Positions 9,590 through 20,900 of a stretch of 64,000 nt of DNA are shown piece after piece. A program made the position numbers and the translations under genes. Position 1 is the stretch's first letter. Each line of letters opens with the position of its first letter. Source of the DNA: a virus; IMG/VR virus record IMGVR_UViG_3300034691_000049, positions 8,810 to 72,809 of that record; one strand, 5' to 3'. A model generated the notes under the pieces. It had not been told where the DNA came from. It saw only the letters and a program-made list of their open reading frames with translations, and did no database searches.

Positions 9590-9931
9590 ATGGGCAATGC
9601 CATTAAAGAAATTGAAGTAACCATCGAACAGTGCAAAGAAGTCCTCGAACGAGGCAAAGCTCTCGACCGTCTGCTCGAACACCCCGACTTCACCACCATC
9701 ATCATGAAAGATTACATGGAGCGCGAAGCGCACCGTCTAACTCTGTTGCTGGCCGACCCTGCCTGTGAAACTCCACAGGGCCGCGAGAATGTAGTGCGTG
9801 ACCTGTCTGCCATTGCACAGTTGAACGCTTACTTCCGCACTGTACGTAAAGCGGGCGAAATTGCTCAACGTACCCTGACCGAACATCAAGAGTTGCTGCA
9901 AGAAGAACTCGTTCGCGATCTGGAGGCGTAA
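9590..9931 (+). CDS. N4 gp58-like protein
   Basis: 113 aa between portal and scaffold; AAGGAG RBS. Confidence 0.75.
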   Translation: MGNAIKEIEVTIEQCKEVLERGKALDRLLEHPDFTTIIMKDYMEREAHRLTLLLADPACETPQGRENVVRDLSAIAQLNAYFRTVRKAGEIAQRTLTEHQELLQEELVRDLEA

Positions 9932-9934
9932 GCC

Positions 9935-11116
9935 ATGTCTGACTTTCTGACGATGTCCGATGCTGACTTCATGGCGCAAGGCGCCAATAAGTTGGCCGAA
10001 GTACAAGCCACTGCGGCGGAAACTTCCACCGAAGTCAACGAGGAAACTTCCAATGCTGAAGCCCAGCTTGCCGCCGATGCACTTGCCGCGGGCGCAGAGA
10101 CTGGAACTACTGCTACGGATGTTGCCGCGGAAACTGACGAAGAAGGCGAAACGGAGGGCACTGGGACTGAAGAAGAAGAAGGCGGCGCAATCACTGACGC
10201 AGTTAACGAAACTGCTGAAGGCGAGCCAGAACTGGGGGCTGATGGCAAGCCTGTAACCAAGCCGGCTGCCCCGAAGGTAGAACCTGAAGCTTCCACTACT
10301 GGTTTGCCTGAAGGCACTGAACGCATCTTCGAAACCTTCCGTGCGAACGGCCGCGACATGAAAGTGAAGTCTGTTGACGAAGCAATTCGTCTTATGCAGA
10401 TGGGCGCTAACTATTCGCAGAAACAAGCAGCCAACAAGAAGAACTTGGCGTATGTGAAAGTTCTTGAACAAAATGGCATGCTTGACCATGAAAAGTTGGC
10501 GTTTGCTGTTGACTTGATGGCCGGAAAGCCCGAAGCTATCGGCAAGTTGCTGAAAGACTCGAAGATTGACGTACACGACATCGACGAAGACAAAGTTGCA
10601 GCTTACCGCGCAGAATCTCGCGCACCAAGCGAAGCAATTATGGACCTCGACGCAGTCGTCTCGGAAATCCAAGGTACTGAACACTTCGACCGACTTGTCG
10701 GTGAAATGAAAGGTTGGGATCAAAAGTCCCAAGCTTTGATCGGAAGCCACCCTGAGTCGCTGCGACAGCTCACTCAGCAAATGGAATCCGGCGTTTATGA
10801 CAAAGTCATGGACGAAGTGAATCGGCAACAAGTTTTGGGCAGTCTGAATGGTGTACCCCTGATGCAGGCGTATAACCAGATTGGCCAGGAAATGGCACAA
10901 GCCGGTGCGTTCAACGCTCCAGCCGTTGCACCGAAAGGCCCGGTTACCAAGCTGGTCACTCCGGGCAAGAAAGCTACTACAGCCACACAGGCTGATGATG
11001 CACGCCGTCGCGCTGCTGCCCCATCGAAGGGTGTAACGACAGCAACAGAAGAAACCAAGCAACCTGCGTTCCTCAGCATGAGTGACGCAGAATTCTTGAA
11101 ACAATCCAAGCCGTAA
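9935..11116 (+). CDS. N4 gp57-like protein (probable scaffold)
   Basis: Acidic N-terminus, FRANG and LMQMGANY motifs; directly upstream of the capsid gene. Confidence 0.8.
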   Translation: MSDFLTMSDADFMAQGANKLAEVQATAAETSTEVNEETSNAEAQLAADALAAGAETGTTATDVAAETDEEGETEGTGTEEEEGGAITDAVNETAEGEPELGADGKPVTKPAAPKVEPEASTTGLPEGTERIFETFRANGRDMKVKSVDEAIRLMQMGANYSQKQAANKKNLAYVKVLEQNGMLDHEKLAFAVDLMAGKPEAIGKLLKDSKIDVHDIDEDKVAAYRAESRAPSEAIMDLDAVVSEIQGTEHFDRLVGEMKGWDQKSQALIGSHPESLRQLTQQMESGVYDKVMDEVNRQQVLGSLNGVPLMQAYNQIGQEMAQAGAFNAPAVAPKGPVTKLVTPGKKATTATQADDARRRAAAPSKGVTTATEETKQPAFLSMSDAEFLKQSKP

Positions 11117-11131
11117 TAAGGAAACCCGACG

Positions 11132-12322
11132 ATGGCAGCTCCAAACACCTACAAGCCAGCTTCTTATAACGCCCCACCGGGCACTCCGTCTTCGATTGGT
11201 CCACAGGCCTACGAAGAGTACCACCAGAAGCAAGCGCTGATCGAAGCACGCCGTGAACAGTTCTTCACCCAACTGGCCGACGTTACCGTCATGCCGAAGA
11301 ACATGGGCAAGAAGATCACCAAGTTCCACTACATCCCGCTGCTCGACGACCGCAACATCAACGACCAGGGCATCGACGCCAATGGCGCGACCATTGCCAA
11401 CGGTAACCTGTACGGTTCCAGCAAAGACATCGGTGTTATCACCGGTAAGCTGCCAGCCCTGACCGAACACGGTGGCCGCGTTAACCGCGTCGGCTTCACC
11501 CGTATCGAGCTGGAAGGCACCCTGGAAAAGTTCGGTTTCTACGAAGAGTTCACCCAGGAATCCCTGGACTTCGACTCCGACGAAGAACTGGACATGCACA
11601 TCACCCGTGAAATGGTGAACGGCGCCCACCAGATGTCCGAAGCTGCATTGCAGATCGACATTCTGAACGCTGCCGGTGTGATCCGTTACGCTGGTGACGC
11701 AACCTCGAAAGCCACCATCGGCAAAGACGACCTGGTCAGCTACGACGACCTGCTGCGTCTGGGCATTCAACTCACCAACAACCGTACTCCGCGCACCATC
11801 ACGCAGATCAACGGCACCCGCCTGACCGACACCCGCACCATCCCGGGCGCCCGTCCTCTGCACTGCGGCTCCGAGCTGATCCCGACGCTGAAAGGCATGA
11901 AGGACATGCATGGTAACCCGGCCTTCATCTCCGTCGAGAAGTACGCGGCTGGCGGTGAAACCCTGATCGGCGAGATCGGCCAGATCGATGAGTTCCGTAT
12001 CATCATCGTGCCGGAAATGGTGAAGTGGGCTGGCGCCGGTGCAACTATCGAAGCTGGCGATGCTTCCAACCACGATAACGGCACCAAGTACGACGTGTTC
12101 CCAATGCTCTGCATCGGCGATGGCTCCTTCACCACCATTGGTTTCCAAACCGATGGTAAATCGGTGAAGTTCAAGATCATCAAGAAAATGCCGGGTGTTG
12201 AAACCGCTGACCGCCTGGACCCGTACGGCGAGATGGGCTTCATGGCCATCAAGTGGTACTACGGCTTCATGACCCTGCGCTCTGAGCGTATCGGTCTGAT
12301 CCTGACCGTAGCCCGCCTGTAA
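11132..12322 (+). CDS. major capsid protein (N4 gp56-like)
   Basis: [26 protein letters not shown] and DPYGEMGF motifs; strong codon bias. Confidence 0.95.
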   Translation: MAAPNTYKPASYNAPPGTPSSIGPQAYEEYHQKQALIEARREQFFTQLADVTVMPKNMGKKITKFHYIPLLDDRNINDQGIDANGATIANGNLYGSSKDIGVITGKLPALTEHGGRVNRVGFTRIELEGTLEKFGFYEEFTQESLDFDSDEELDMHITREMVNGAHQMSEAALQIDILNAAGVIRYAGDATSKATIGKDDLVSYDDLLRLGIQLTNNRTPRTITQINGTRLTDTRTIPGARPLHCGSELIPTLKGMKDMHGNPAFISVEKYAAGGETLIGEIGQIDEFRIIIVPEMVKWAGAGATIEAGDASNHDNGTKYDVFPMLCIGDGSFTTIGFQTDGKSVKFKIIKKMPGVETADRLDPYGEMGFMAIKWYYGFMTLRSERIGLILTVARL

Positions 12323-12340
12323 CGGCAACGTAAACCACTA

Positions 12341-12362
12341 GGGGAGCTTCGGCTCCCCTTTT
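12341..12362 (+). terminator. intrinsic terminator after MCP
   Basis: GGGGAGC-TTCG-GCTCCCC-TTTT. Confidence 0.9.
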
Positions 12363-12397
12363 GGGTATAACCCACATCGTTTCATTGGAGAAACGCA

Positions 12398-13078
12398 ATG
12401 TCTGAAGTAAATCTGGAAAACGCCACCAAAGAACAATTGCTGACTGCTGCTGAAAAGCTCGGTCTGGCTATCGACGGTCGTCTGGGTGTGGACAAGATCC
12501 GCGAAGAAATCGCTGCCGAACTGGAAGTCCGTAAAGAAGCGGACATTCGCGCAGCCGCAAATGCTCAACGTATCGCTGAAGAAGAAGCTGCCGCGAAAGA
12601 AGCGCCAGTCGAAGATGAAATCAAGTCTCCGGTCGAAGTCACCAAAATGCCTTCGCTCGCTGATGCGATGTTGACCAAAGAAGTGGCTGATGCCGGCCCG
12701 GAAACCGAAGGCCAGAAAAAGAACCGTCTGCGTCGTGAAGCGATGGCCCTGGTCCGCGTTCGCGTCTCCTGCATGGACCCGCAGAAGAAAAACCTGAAGG
12801 GCGAGCTGATCTGCGTATCGAACAAAAACTTCGGCACAGTCCAGCGCTTCATCCCTTTCAACCGTGAATGGCACATCGAGAAGGTGCTCTACGACATCTT
12901 GCTCGACAAAGAGTACATGGTGTTCGACCGCGAGAAGACTGGCCGTGCTGGTATCGAAGTCGTCACCCCGCGCAACGTCCCGGCGTTCAACATCCAGGTT
13001 CTGCCACCGCTGAGCAAGGGCGAGTTGAAAGACCTGGCCCAGCGTCAAGCAATGGCCGACGGCACTCGCCAGGAGTAA
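12398..13078 (+). CDS. N4 gp55-like protein
   Basis: LVRVRVSCMDPQKK and LPPLSKGELKDLAQRQ motifs; synteny. Confidence 0.8.
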   Translation: MSEVNLENATKEQLLTAAEKLGLAIDGRLGVDKIREEIAAELEVRKEADIRAAANAQRIAEEEAAAKEAPVEDEIKSPVEVTKMPSLADAMLTKEVADAGPETEGQKKNRLRREAMALVRVRVSCMDPQKKNLKGELICVSNKNFGTVQRFIPFNREWHIEKVLYDILLDKEYMVFDREKTGRAGIEVVTPRNVPAFNIQVLPPLSKGELKDLAQRQAMADGTRQE

Positions 13079-13084
13079 TGGCAC

Positions 13085-13825
13085 ATGGCGAATACCCCAA
13101 CCACAATCACCCTTGCGGACCTGACACAGGCCAAGGTTGACGGTTCTGGGGCATTCGACACGTTGATGCGTTCCATGGTCAGTCACCTCGAACTGGAGTT
13201 CAATAAAGGACGCCTTCGAGGGGCTGACTACGCACAGGTCTACCTGAATGCACTGACCCCGGTATTGCAAAATTCCGTGGTCTTTTTGCTTCAGAAGGAC
13301 GAAGCGGCGAACAAAGCAGCATTGGTCGATGCCCAGGTACGTTTGACCGAAGTTCAGATCCTCTTGGCTGAAGCCGAGCTGGAACGTGAGCTGATCAACA
13401 AGGAACTGGTACAGGCCCAGGTCGATAAGCTTAAAGCTGAAACCATCAACGTTAAGCAGCAACTGAACAACCTGTTGGCTGAAGAATGCGTACTCAAGTC
13501 GCAGTTCGACATCAACAAGTCGCAGAACCTGCAAGTCGTAGCTCAAACCAGCCTGGTTAACCAGAAGGTTGCAACCGAGAAGGCGCAGACCTCCGGCGTA
13601 GGCATTGAGCCAACTTCGGTCATTGGTAAGCAAATCTCGCTCTATGACGCTCAAGCTAAAGGCTTCGTGCGTGATGCAGAGCAGAAAGCTGCCAAGATCA
13701 TGATCGACTCGTGGAACGTACGTCGAACCACAGACGTTGGCACCGTCGCAGATGCGACCAACCAACTTAGCGATCCAAACGTGGGTCGAGCAGTCACCGC
13801 GCTGCTTGCAGGCGTCGGTGTCTAA
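13085..13825 (+). CDS. N4 gp54-like structural protein
   Basis: GSGAFDTLM...GRLRGADYAQVY; coiled coil; synteny. Confidence 0.8.
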   Translation: MANTPTTITLADLTQAKVDGSGAFDTLMRSMVSHLELEFNKGRLRGADYAQVYLNALTPVLQNSVVFLLQKDEAANKAALVDAQVRLTEVQILLAEAELERELINKELVQAQVDKLKAETINVKQQLNNLLAEECVLKSQFDINKSQNLQVVAQTSLVNQKVATEKAQTSGVGIEPTSVIGKQISLYDAQAKGFVRDAEQKAAKIMIDSWNVRRTTDVGTVADATNQLSDPNVGRAVTALLAGVGV

Positions 13826-13842
13826 ACCGGCATGATAGGATA

Positions 13843-13869
13843 GGGGAACTTCGGTTCCCCTTTTCTTTT
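13843..13869 (+). terminator. intrinsic terminator
   Basis: GGGGAAC-TTCG-GTTCCCC-TTTTCTTTT. Confidence 0.9.
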
Positions 13870-13879
13870 GGAGTAATTC

Positions 13880-16168
13880 ATGGGGCTTTTCAGCAGCAAG
13901 ACCACTTACACAGTGAACGTCACAGTTCAGCCTGTGTTTGAGGAAGATCAGATCCCAACGAGCGCACTTAATGGGCTCATTAAAGGGATCATGCAAGAAC
14001 AGGACATTGTCCCGTCAATGCTCGATGAAATCTCGCAATGTATGGGCATTCGTGCCATTACTGCGATGTACAACACGCAGAAGAAAGGTTACGACGTGGG
14101 CATCCCGTCGGCGCAGGTTGCGACCTACATTCAAGCAAAAGCTGAAGTAATTAGTGCGATTGAAGCCAACATTGGCCGTAAGATCAATGTTGAGTATTAC
14201 TACATGGGGCCACTGAACTCCATGCACTTCGGCTGGCAGTATTGTCACGACGCCTTGGGCTATGTGCCCAGTACTAACGAACTGCCGGGGCTCACTGCCT
14301 CTACTGGTTTCAAGTGCTACCTCTCGGACATGAAGGCGACGTATCTGCGCGAAGACTTCGACTGGATGCTGAAGACGAACGATACCGGCATGCTTACGCA
14401 ACTGGGACCGTCTCCGCGCTCTGGCTATCGGCCGTCGGCCCCATTCAACACACTGAGTGGCATGGGCCAGTATGCGGAACAGCCGGCGTACGAAGTCAGC
14501 GACGTTTCTACCGAGGACTATGTGACGATCCAATACGAGTTCCAAGATGCCAATGGCACCTTTGTAACCCGGGGCATCACTGCATCCATGGCGGCGTTCG
14601 ACAACACCGCAGACTTCCACATGTGCCGGTACACCGACTCCATGGGGAAGACTGGGTTCTTCACCTATCTGCACGGTTCCGGTACTTACCCGGCAATCGA
14701 CCAGGCATACGCCCTGGAGCACAGCCAGTTCGGTTCCTACTTCCCTTGGGCGTACTTCCGCTTGCAAGGTGAGGACGCCTATGAGGTCGAAACCCAGCAA
14801 AGCATGGAGCAGATGCACGCATGGTGTGAGCAACTGGGGGTCAGTTACGACCAACTGCATGATGGGGTGCATTCGGACCCGGATGTAGACGATGTAGAGC
14901 AAAGCCTGCTGCTTATGGCTATCTCGCCGGGGAATAAGCACCCAGCGTGCCGGGAATACCTATTCAAGCACTTTGGTGCACTGCACTCCAACGCGTTGCC
15001 GCAAGTGCAGTTAGACCCGACTCTTGAGGGCAAACTCAACGCATTCACGTCGTCGCCGTCGCAAATGCAGCATATTCAGGACAATCGCTTTGCGATGTCG
15101 TTTCAATTCAGCGGTATCTCTCGGCGTCGTGTTCCTGGAAGCATCGGGCGCAAAGGCTCCTACGATTCGCACTTTGGTATCCTGAGTCAGGACAGCCAGA
15201 ACTACTTGACCCAAACGCCTATCGGCACCGGGGTAGATAACGCATTTCTGGAACAACCGGGTTGGATCTACCAACACCAGGTGACGGACACGGTCTACGA
15301 AGAGATCATCGTCTACGGTCTGCGGGTGAACTATGAGGTCCACCGCAAGAAAGGGTTTGCCGCAGGCAATCAAGACCCTGAATTGCTGATCCCGCTCGAC
15401 CGGGCCATCGTGGAAACAATGTCTGTGCCGGCCCGGGAACAACTGCTGTGCCGTGCACTGACAATGCTGGTCAACACGCTGATTGTGTACAAGGCGCCTT
15501 GGTATACCTCTACTGGTTTCAAGATCGTCTTGTTGGTAATTGCCGTGGTCGTCACGATCATTTCGGGGGGTACAGCGTGGCAAGCCATCGTTGCAGCTTA
15601 CGGTGTAGGGATCGGGGCACTTGCCTTGGTGATCCTCACGATCATCGTTAAAGCTGTGGTTATCAGCTATGGCGTGAAGCTGTTCGCCAAAATGGTGGGG
15701 CCTCGCCTCGCATTGGTGATTGCGGTAGTGGCCGTGATTTATGGCAACAGTTCTGCACTGCAATCTGCATCTGCTACCTGGGCACAGAACCTTATTGCCG
15801 TCGGCACCTCACTTGTAAAAGAAGCGGGGGCACTCAGCCAACAACAGATCGCAGCCGGCATCAAAGATCTTGTGGAGGACGCCGAAGCGTTTTCTACCTG
15901 GGCAGAAGACCAAATGGATGGGCTAAGTGATAAGATGCTGGCCTTGGGCTTAAAACCGGAAATTGTCGGGCTAAGCGCATTCGATGTGGTAAAAATGGGG
16001 CCTCAGCTTGTTCTTGGTGAGAGTCCGTCGAGTTACTTCGACCGAACTGTGCATTCTGGCAACATCGGCACACTGTCGTTTGATATGACAGAATCCTACG
16101 TTGCTATGCAAACTATGCTCCCAACATTCAATCAAACGCAGGAGAATTTCAACTATGGCGGGGACTAA
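13880..16168 (+). CDS. N4 gp53-like structural protein with C-terminal transmembrane segments
   Basis: MGLFSSK start; hydrophobic stretch after WYTSTGFK; synteny. Confidence 0.8.
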   Translation: MGLFSSKTTYTVNVTVQPVFEEDQIPTSALNGLIKGIMQEQDIVPSMLDEISQCMGIRAITAMYNTQKKGYDVGIPSAQVATYIQAKAEVISAIEANIGRKINVEYYYMGPLNSMHFGWQYCHDALGYVPSTNELPGLTASTGFKCYLSDMKATYLREDFDWMLKTNDTGMLTQLGPSPRSGYRPSAPFNTLSGMGQYAEQPAYEVSDVSTEDYVTIQYEFQDANGTFVTRGITASMAAFDNTADFHMCRYTDSMGKTGFFTYLHGSGTYPAIDQAYALEHSQFGSYFPWAYFRLQGEDAYEVETQQSMEQMHAWCEQLGVSYDQLHDGVHSDPDVDDVEQSLLLMAISPGNKHPACREYLFKHFGALHSNALPQVQLDPTLEGKLNAFTSSPSQMQHIQDNRFAMSFQFSGISRRRVPGSIGRKGSYDSHFGILSQDSQNYLTQTPIGTGVDNAFLEQPGWIYQHQVTDTVYEEIIVYGLRVNYEVHRKKGFAAGNQDPELLIPLDRAIVETMSVPAREQLLCRALTMLVNTLIVYKAPWYTSTGFKIVLLVIAVVVTIISGGTAWQAIVAAYGVGIGALALVILTIIVKAVVISYGVKLFAKMVGPRLALVIAVVAVIYGNSSALQSASATWAQNLIAVGTSLVKEAGALSQQQIAAGIKDLVEDAEAFSTWAEDQMDGLSDKMLALGLKPEIVGLSAFDVVKMGPQLVLGESPSSYFDRTVHSGNIGTLSFDMTESYVAMQTMLPTFNQTQENFNYGGD

Positions 16169-16631
16169 CTATTTGCCCTTCGACTTCGACCTGAGCAGCA
16201 TCTTCGGAGGCACCACAGGCGCACCAAACAACGGGGCCAATACCAGCCTTGTGAACTTTCCTGGCTTCGGTGGTGGCGGTTCTGCTGGTGCTCCTGTTGC
16301 GGGTGCTGGCAATTCGGGTTTGCTGGGCAATCTCTTCAGCAAGCAGTCTATGTTTGGGGGCACTGACCCGAACAGCGGCATTTCTACCGGAGGCTGGGCA
16401 CCGGTGGCACTTGGTGCAGGTCAGGCAATTTTCGGCGCGTTGCAGGGCAATAAAGCAATGGGCCTGGCCGAGAAGCAATTCAAGGAAGGCCAACGCCAGT
16501 TTGACCTGAACTTCGGGGCACAGCGTCAAACTATCAACACGCAGTTGGAAGATCGCCAACGTGCGCGGGTAGCTTCGAACGCCAACGCTTACGAAAACAC
16601 TGCCGACTACCTGAAGAAGAATAAGGTGTAA
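16155..16631 (+). CDS. N4 gp52-like virion (ejection) protein
   Basis: GGAG RBS before MAGTNY; Gly-rich; INTQLEDRQRARVAS motif. Confidence 0.8.
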   Translation: MAGTNYLPFDFDLSSIFGGTTGAPNNGANTSLVNFPGFGGGGSAGAPVAGAGNSGLLGNLFSKQSMFGGTDPNSGISTGGWAPVALGAGQAIFGALQGNKAMGLAEKQFKEGQRQFDLNFGAQRQTINTQLEDRQRARVASNANAYENTADYLKKNKV

Positions 16632-16633
16632 TC

Positions 16634-17911
16634 ATGGCCGATCCGATTACTTGGCGTAACGTTGGCGGGGGTGGCGGGAGTAATCCCGCTGCTTTGCTCG
16701 CTCTCGGTCAAAATCAGGTAAACCAAGGGTTCAATGCCTTGGGCACCCTGTTTCAAAACGAATCCCGCTTGCAGCAGAAGAATGCACTGCAAGTGCGGGA
16801 CAACAACACGGCTCAGTACCTTGATTCGGTCGCAGCCGCTGGAGGTGTGGATGCTCTGCAAGATCCCGCAAAGCGAGCTGAACTCGAAGCTACTCGGGCC
16901 GGGTTCGGTGCTGCAATCGATCGCAACGCCACTCGGGATGCAATCGACAATCGAGTCAAAGGATTGCAACAGCAAACCTTGGTGGCGAACCAATATGCGG
17001 ACCAGGCGACGGAGCGCGAACAACGAGGCGTAATCGACAAAGGTTTGGAACTGGCCCAAGCCGGCGATGCAGCAGGTGTGCAAAAACTGCTGGCCGATAC
17101 TCAGTTTCTGGATGAAGGCAAGGTCGCCAACAACCTCATGGGGATCTTGGATGCCCGGACCCGCCGTCAGTATGCCGCCGAGGACCAAAGCCGTCAGAAC
17201 CGCGCTGAAGGCCGTCAGATCGCCCAATTCCAGGAGAACATGGCAGCATCTACGGAAAACCGTCTGTATCAACGCGGAGCACGCCAGGACGCCGAGGATC
17301 AACGTACCTATCGTCAAGGTGCCAAGGTTCTCGACGATGCAGCCGAGCAAGCCAAAGGGATCTTGAATAGCAAGCTGTCTGGTAACGAATGGGCCAGCAC
17401 TTCTACCGATCCAACGAAAGACACCCAGGTCATCTTGAAGGCTGCCGGTGGATTGGATAAATTTTCGTCTTGGCTTAACACAGACAAAACGGACTTCGCG
17501 CAGGTACAGAGCGGCATTACTGATTTGCTCACCACGGGTATCGATGTAGAAGGGGAGAACTACAAAGTTCCCCCTGCAATCCTGCAACAGGTATTGCTTT
17601 CGAACAGCAACCGCCTGAACGTCTCTGATAACCCTATGAACGATATCCGTAATGATCTGCGCAATAGCCTATCGGGTAATGCAGGTGCAGCAAACCGTGC
17701 AAAGGTCCGCGAAGCGCAGGATATTCGGGCTAAAGCGGGCAATGTGATGAACACACTTAAACGGGCGAAAACTCAACTCGGGTCTAGCTCTAAGCTCGAT
17801 ACTTCTGGTATTGTGCAGGCACTCGCTGAGTTGGCAGGAAAAGAACCGGTCAAGTCGTCAACGAGTGGCCCAGACCTCCTGCCTTCCGCAGACGAGGATC
17901 TTAAATACTGA
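16634..17911 (+). CDS. N4 gp51-like ejection protein
   Basis: PITWRNV N-terminus; directly upstream of vRNAP. Confidence 0.75.
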   Translation: MADPITWRNVGGGGGSNPAALLALGQNQVNQGFNALGTLFQNESRLQQKNALQVRDNNTAQYLDSVAAAGGVDALQDPAKRAELEATRAGFGAAIDRNATRDAIDNRVKGLQQQTLVANQYADQATEREQRGVIDKGLELAQAGDAAGVQKLLADTQFLDEGKVANNLMGILDARTRRQYAAEDQSRQNRAEGRQIAQFQENMAASTENRLYQRGARQDAEDQRTYRQGAKVLDDAAEQAKGILNSKLSGNEWASTSTDPTKDTQVILKAAGGLDKFSSWLNTDKTDFAQVQSGITDLLTTGIDVEGENYKVPPAILQQVLLSNSNRLNVSDNPMNDIRNDLRNSLSGNAGAANRAKVREAQDIRAKAGNVMNTLKRAKTQLGSSSKLDTSGIVQALAELAGKEPVKSSTSGPDLLPSADEDLKY

Positions 17912-17925
17912 TAGGAGAGACAATT

Positions 17926-20900
17926 ATGGCAAACGGCGACGAGAACAACGGTTTCGACCAACTGTTCCCTGCCGGCCTGCCTGCCGCAAAAACAGGGGGC
18001 TTCCGCCCCCTTTTTGATTTGTCTGCAAAGGCTGATCAAGTTGCGGCAGCTTCTGTTGAAAAGAAGCAAGCTCTCGTCAATAAGCTGGGTTACGACGTTG
18101 AAGATACCGTGGGCGCTGCGATTAACTTCGGTGCGTCCTTTGTGTCGGGGGCTAGCCGTTTGGCTGGCAACCTCACAACCCTGCCTATTGATGCGATCTC
18201 TGGTTTGGCCCAAGGCTCTGTTCCTGAAGAACAGGTTCAAGCATACAACCGACTGCAAACTGGCCAAGCGTCTGACGCTGACCGGGCATTGCTCGATCAA
18301 ACTGCACCGCTCGACGATGGCGTACCTCAAACTTACCTGCAACGCCTGCAAGGCACGCAAGGTCTGCAAGAAGTAGCGCAGAACGTCGATGATTTCTTCA
18401 ATATTGACAGCATCGTCGATCAAACCAACCGTGAGCGTCTGAGCCGGGATCTCAAAGAGAACACCGGTGATGGCGTCAACCGTCTGCGTTATGCGGCGGA
18501 AGCGTTCAAGATTGGTCACTATAAAGACGCGCTGACTGAAGGCTTCGGTGGTCTCGATTCGACCTTGAGCGAGGCGTTGAAAACTGCGGCAAGCAGTCCA
18601 GTTGCTACCGCCGAATACGTGGTAGAGAACATTCCACAACTGCTGGCTGCGGCCTACAGCGCCCCCGTGATGGCTGCATCGAACGCCGGTTACGGTTATG
18701 ACGCCTACCGTGAAGGTGTGCGTCAATACTTCGACCAGAACAACGGCCAACTGCCGAACGCCAATGAGCGTGCGAAGATGGGCCTGTTTGCTGCATCCGC
18801 GGCCCTGGCTGAACAAGTTGGTGACGCCTCCATGCTGCGCGGCTTCCGTGCGGCGGGTACTGGCACTAGCTCCAAGGCCATGGCTGCGGCTGCGGGAATT
18901 GTTGGTGCAATGACACGCGAAGGCGTGACTGAGGGCTATCAAACCTACGCCGAATCCAAAGCCAAACTGGAAGACGCATCTTTGGAAGAAATCGTCGAAG
19001 GCGCTACCATTGGTGCGCTTGTTGGCGGTAACTTCCACGGTGCTGTAGAACTGGGCCACCTTGGCGGTCCTAAACAAGATCCGGCCGCTCGTGCCGCATC
19101 TACTGAAGCATTTACCAATGCTGTTGAATCTGGTGACGTTTCGTCGCTGGCTGATGCAACCTCGCCGACTTACAACCCGGTTCGTGCTGTTGAAGCACTG
19201 CACCAGTTGAACTTGACGCCGGGTGCTGATGTTGACGCAAACCTTGCTAAAGCTGACGAAATTCAGCAAAACGTGACGGCTGATGTGTCGTCGATTCAGG
19301 CTCGCCTGGACAACACCTCCCCGGAGGCTGTTGCCCGTATTGGTGCCATTGTTGATCAGCTTGAGGCCGCTGGTGCAGACCAAGCCCAAATCGCTGAAAT
19401 GCGTGACATTCATGAGGCTGTATCGAGTTACACCCCAGCACAACGCAAAGCTGACCAAGCCCGCCTTACCGAACTGGAAAGCCAGTTGGGTCAGATTTAT
19501 TCGGCATCCGAGCGCTTGCGCGTAGATTCCAGCCCTGAGCAGGCTGAAGTCGAGGCCATCGCTACCCAAGCACAGACAGGCGATACCCAGGCGGCTGACC
19601 GTCTGCTAACCCTGACCATGATCAACCCTGATTCCGTGGACACCCAGATTGCCGAGTCTCTTGCACAGAGCGAAGCACTGTCTGAGCCGCAACGTACTGC
19701 CATGCGCCTTTTCAGCGAGGCTCAGGTGGCAACCAACGCCCTGAAAGGCCTTACTGGCGTACGTTCGGACATTGCCACTGGTGGCGACGGTTTCAAAGGT
19801 ATCTCGCAATATCGCAATGCAATCCGCATGGCCCTGGCCAATGGCAACGAAGACGCAGCCCGCTCGCAAGTCGATGGCATCCGCGCATTCGCTGACAGTC
19901 GTGTGTCGAAACTGAACGCTATCACCACTGCCTTCAAGCAAGTGAAGGGCACTGATAATTCGATCAACATCGTGCGTAATGAGCAAGGCGAATGGGGTCC
20001 AACTGACCTGAAGGGCTCTGCCCTGAAGAAAGCTGGTGGTCTGGTAGTTGACGCACGTTCTTTCAAGCTACGCGACGGTGTAGCTGCGGAAGCTGACGCT
20101 TTGACGAAAACTGCTGCTGCAATGGAAGCTCTGGTAAATGCTGCTCCATCTCCTGTTTCGGCGCCGGTTGTGCAACCGACTGCCGCAGTACAGGGTGAAG
20201 TTACCCCGGCAACTCCTGAAGTTGCAGCCACGCCGACTGTTGACCCTGCACCGGTAGCTCCGGTAGCAGACAAGGCACCTACGTCCGCTGTAACTGAAGA
20301 AGCTGCGGTCACACCAGAAGAAGCCCCGAAAGCGGCCGAGTCGGCACCTGCAAATGTAGGGCAGCTCACTGTAATCGGCGAGCGAACTGGTGCGGCGGTA
20401 ACTGCCGACAACTACCGTTCTGTCAATCTGGTTTCGGAGCTGTTTGAACAACAGGCCGGCAACGAGACTGATGCAAGCGTTCGCCCGCTGGTAGCTGTCA
20501 AAGACTTCGCTTCTGCGATCCGTGCAGGCGAAGTGCAGGCCAAGGACTTTATCGACCAGAAAGGTGACCTGACTGGCCCGCAAACCCAAGCCCTCAACGC
20601 TTTCTTTAACTTCGCGCAATTCTCTGCGCAAGCGATCCGCAACCAATTTAAGGTGACGGAATCTCGCGCTAAACGCCCGGACTTCTTCTACCGGGACATG
20701 GCGCAGTTCCTCCAGAACGCGGATGGGCAAATTGATGAGAACGTGGCGACTGCCGTCTCTTTTGGCATGTTCTCTTGGGCTAACGAAAACGCAACTCAAC
20801 TGCGTAACTCCGACGAGGCAATCAACGCTATTCTGTTGAACGAACTCGATTCTGAGATCTCGTCTGCTGCATACAAAGAACTGTCGCTGATCGGTACGCG

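Noticed and set aside
9737-12328. 863-aa antisense ORF over scaffold and MCP genes
   Set aside because: Shadow ORF caused by strong codon bias; no RBS or recognisable motifs
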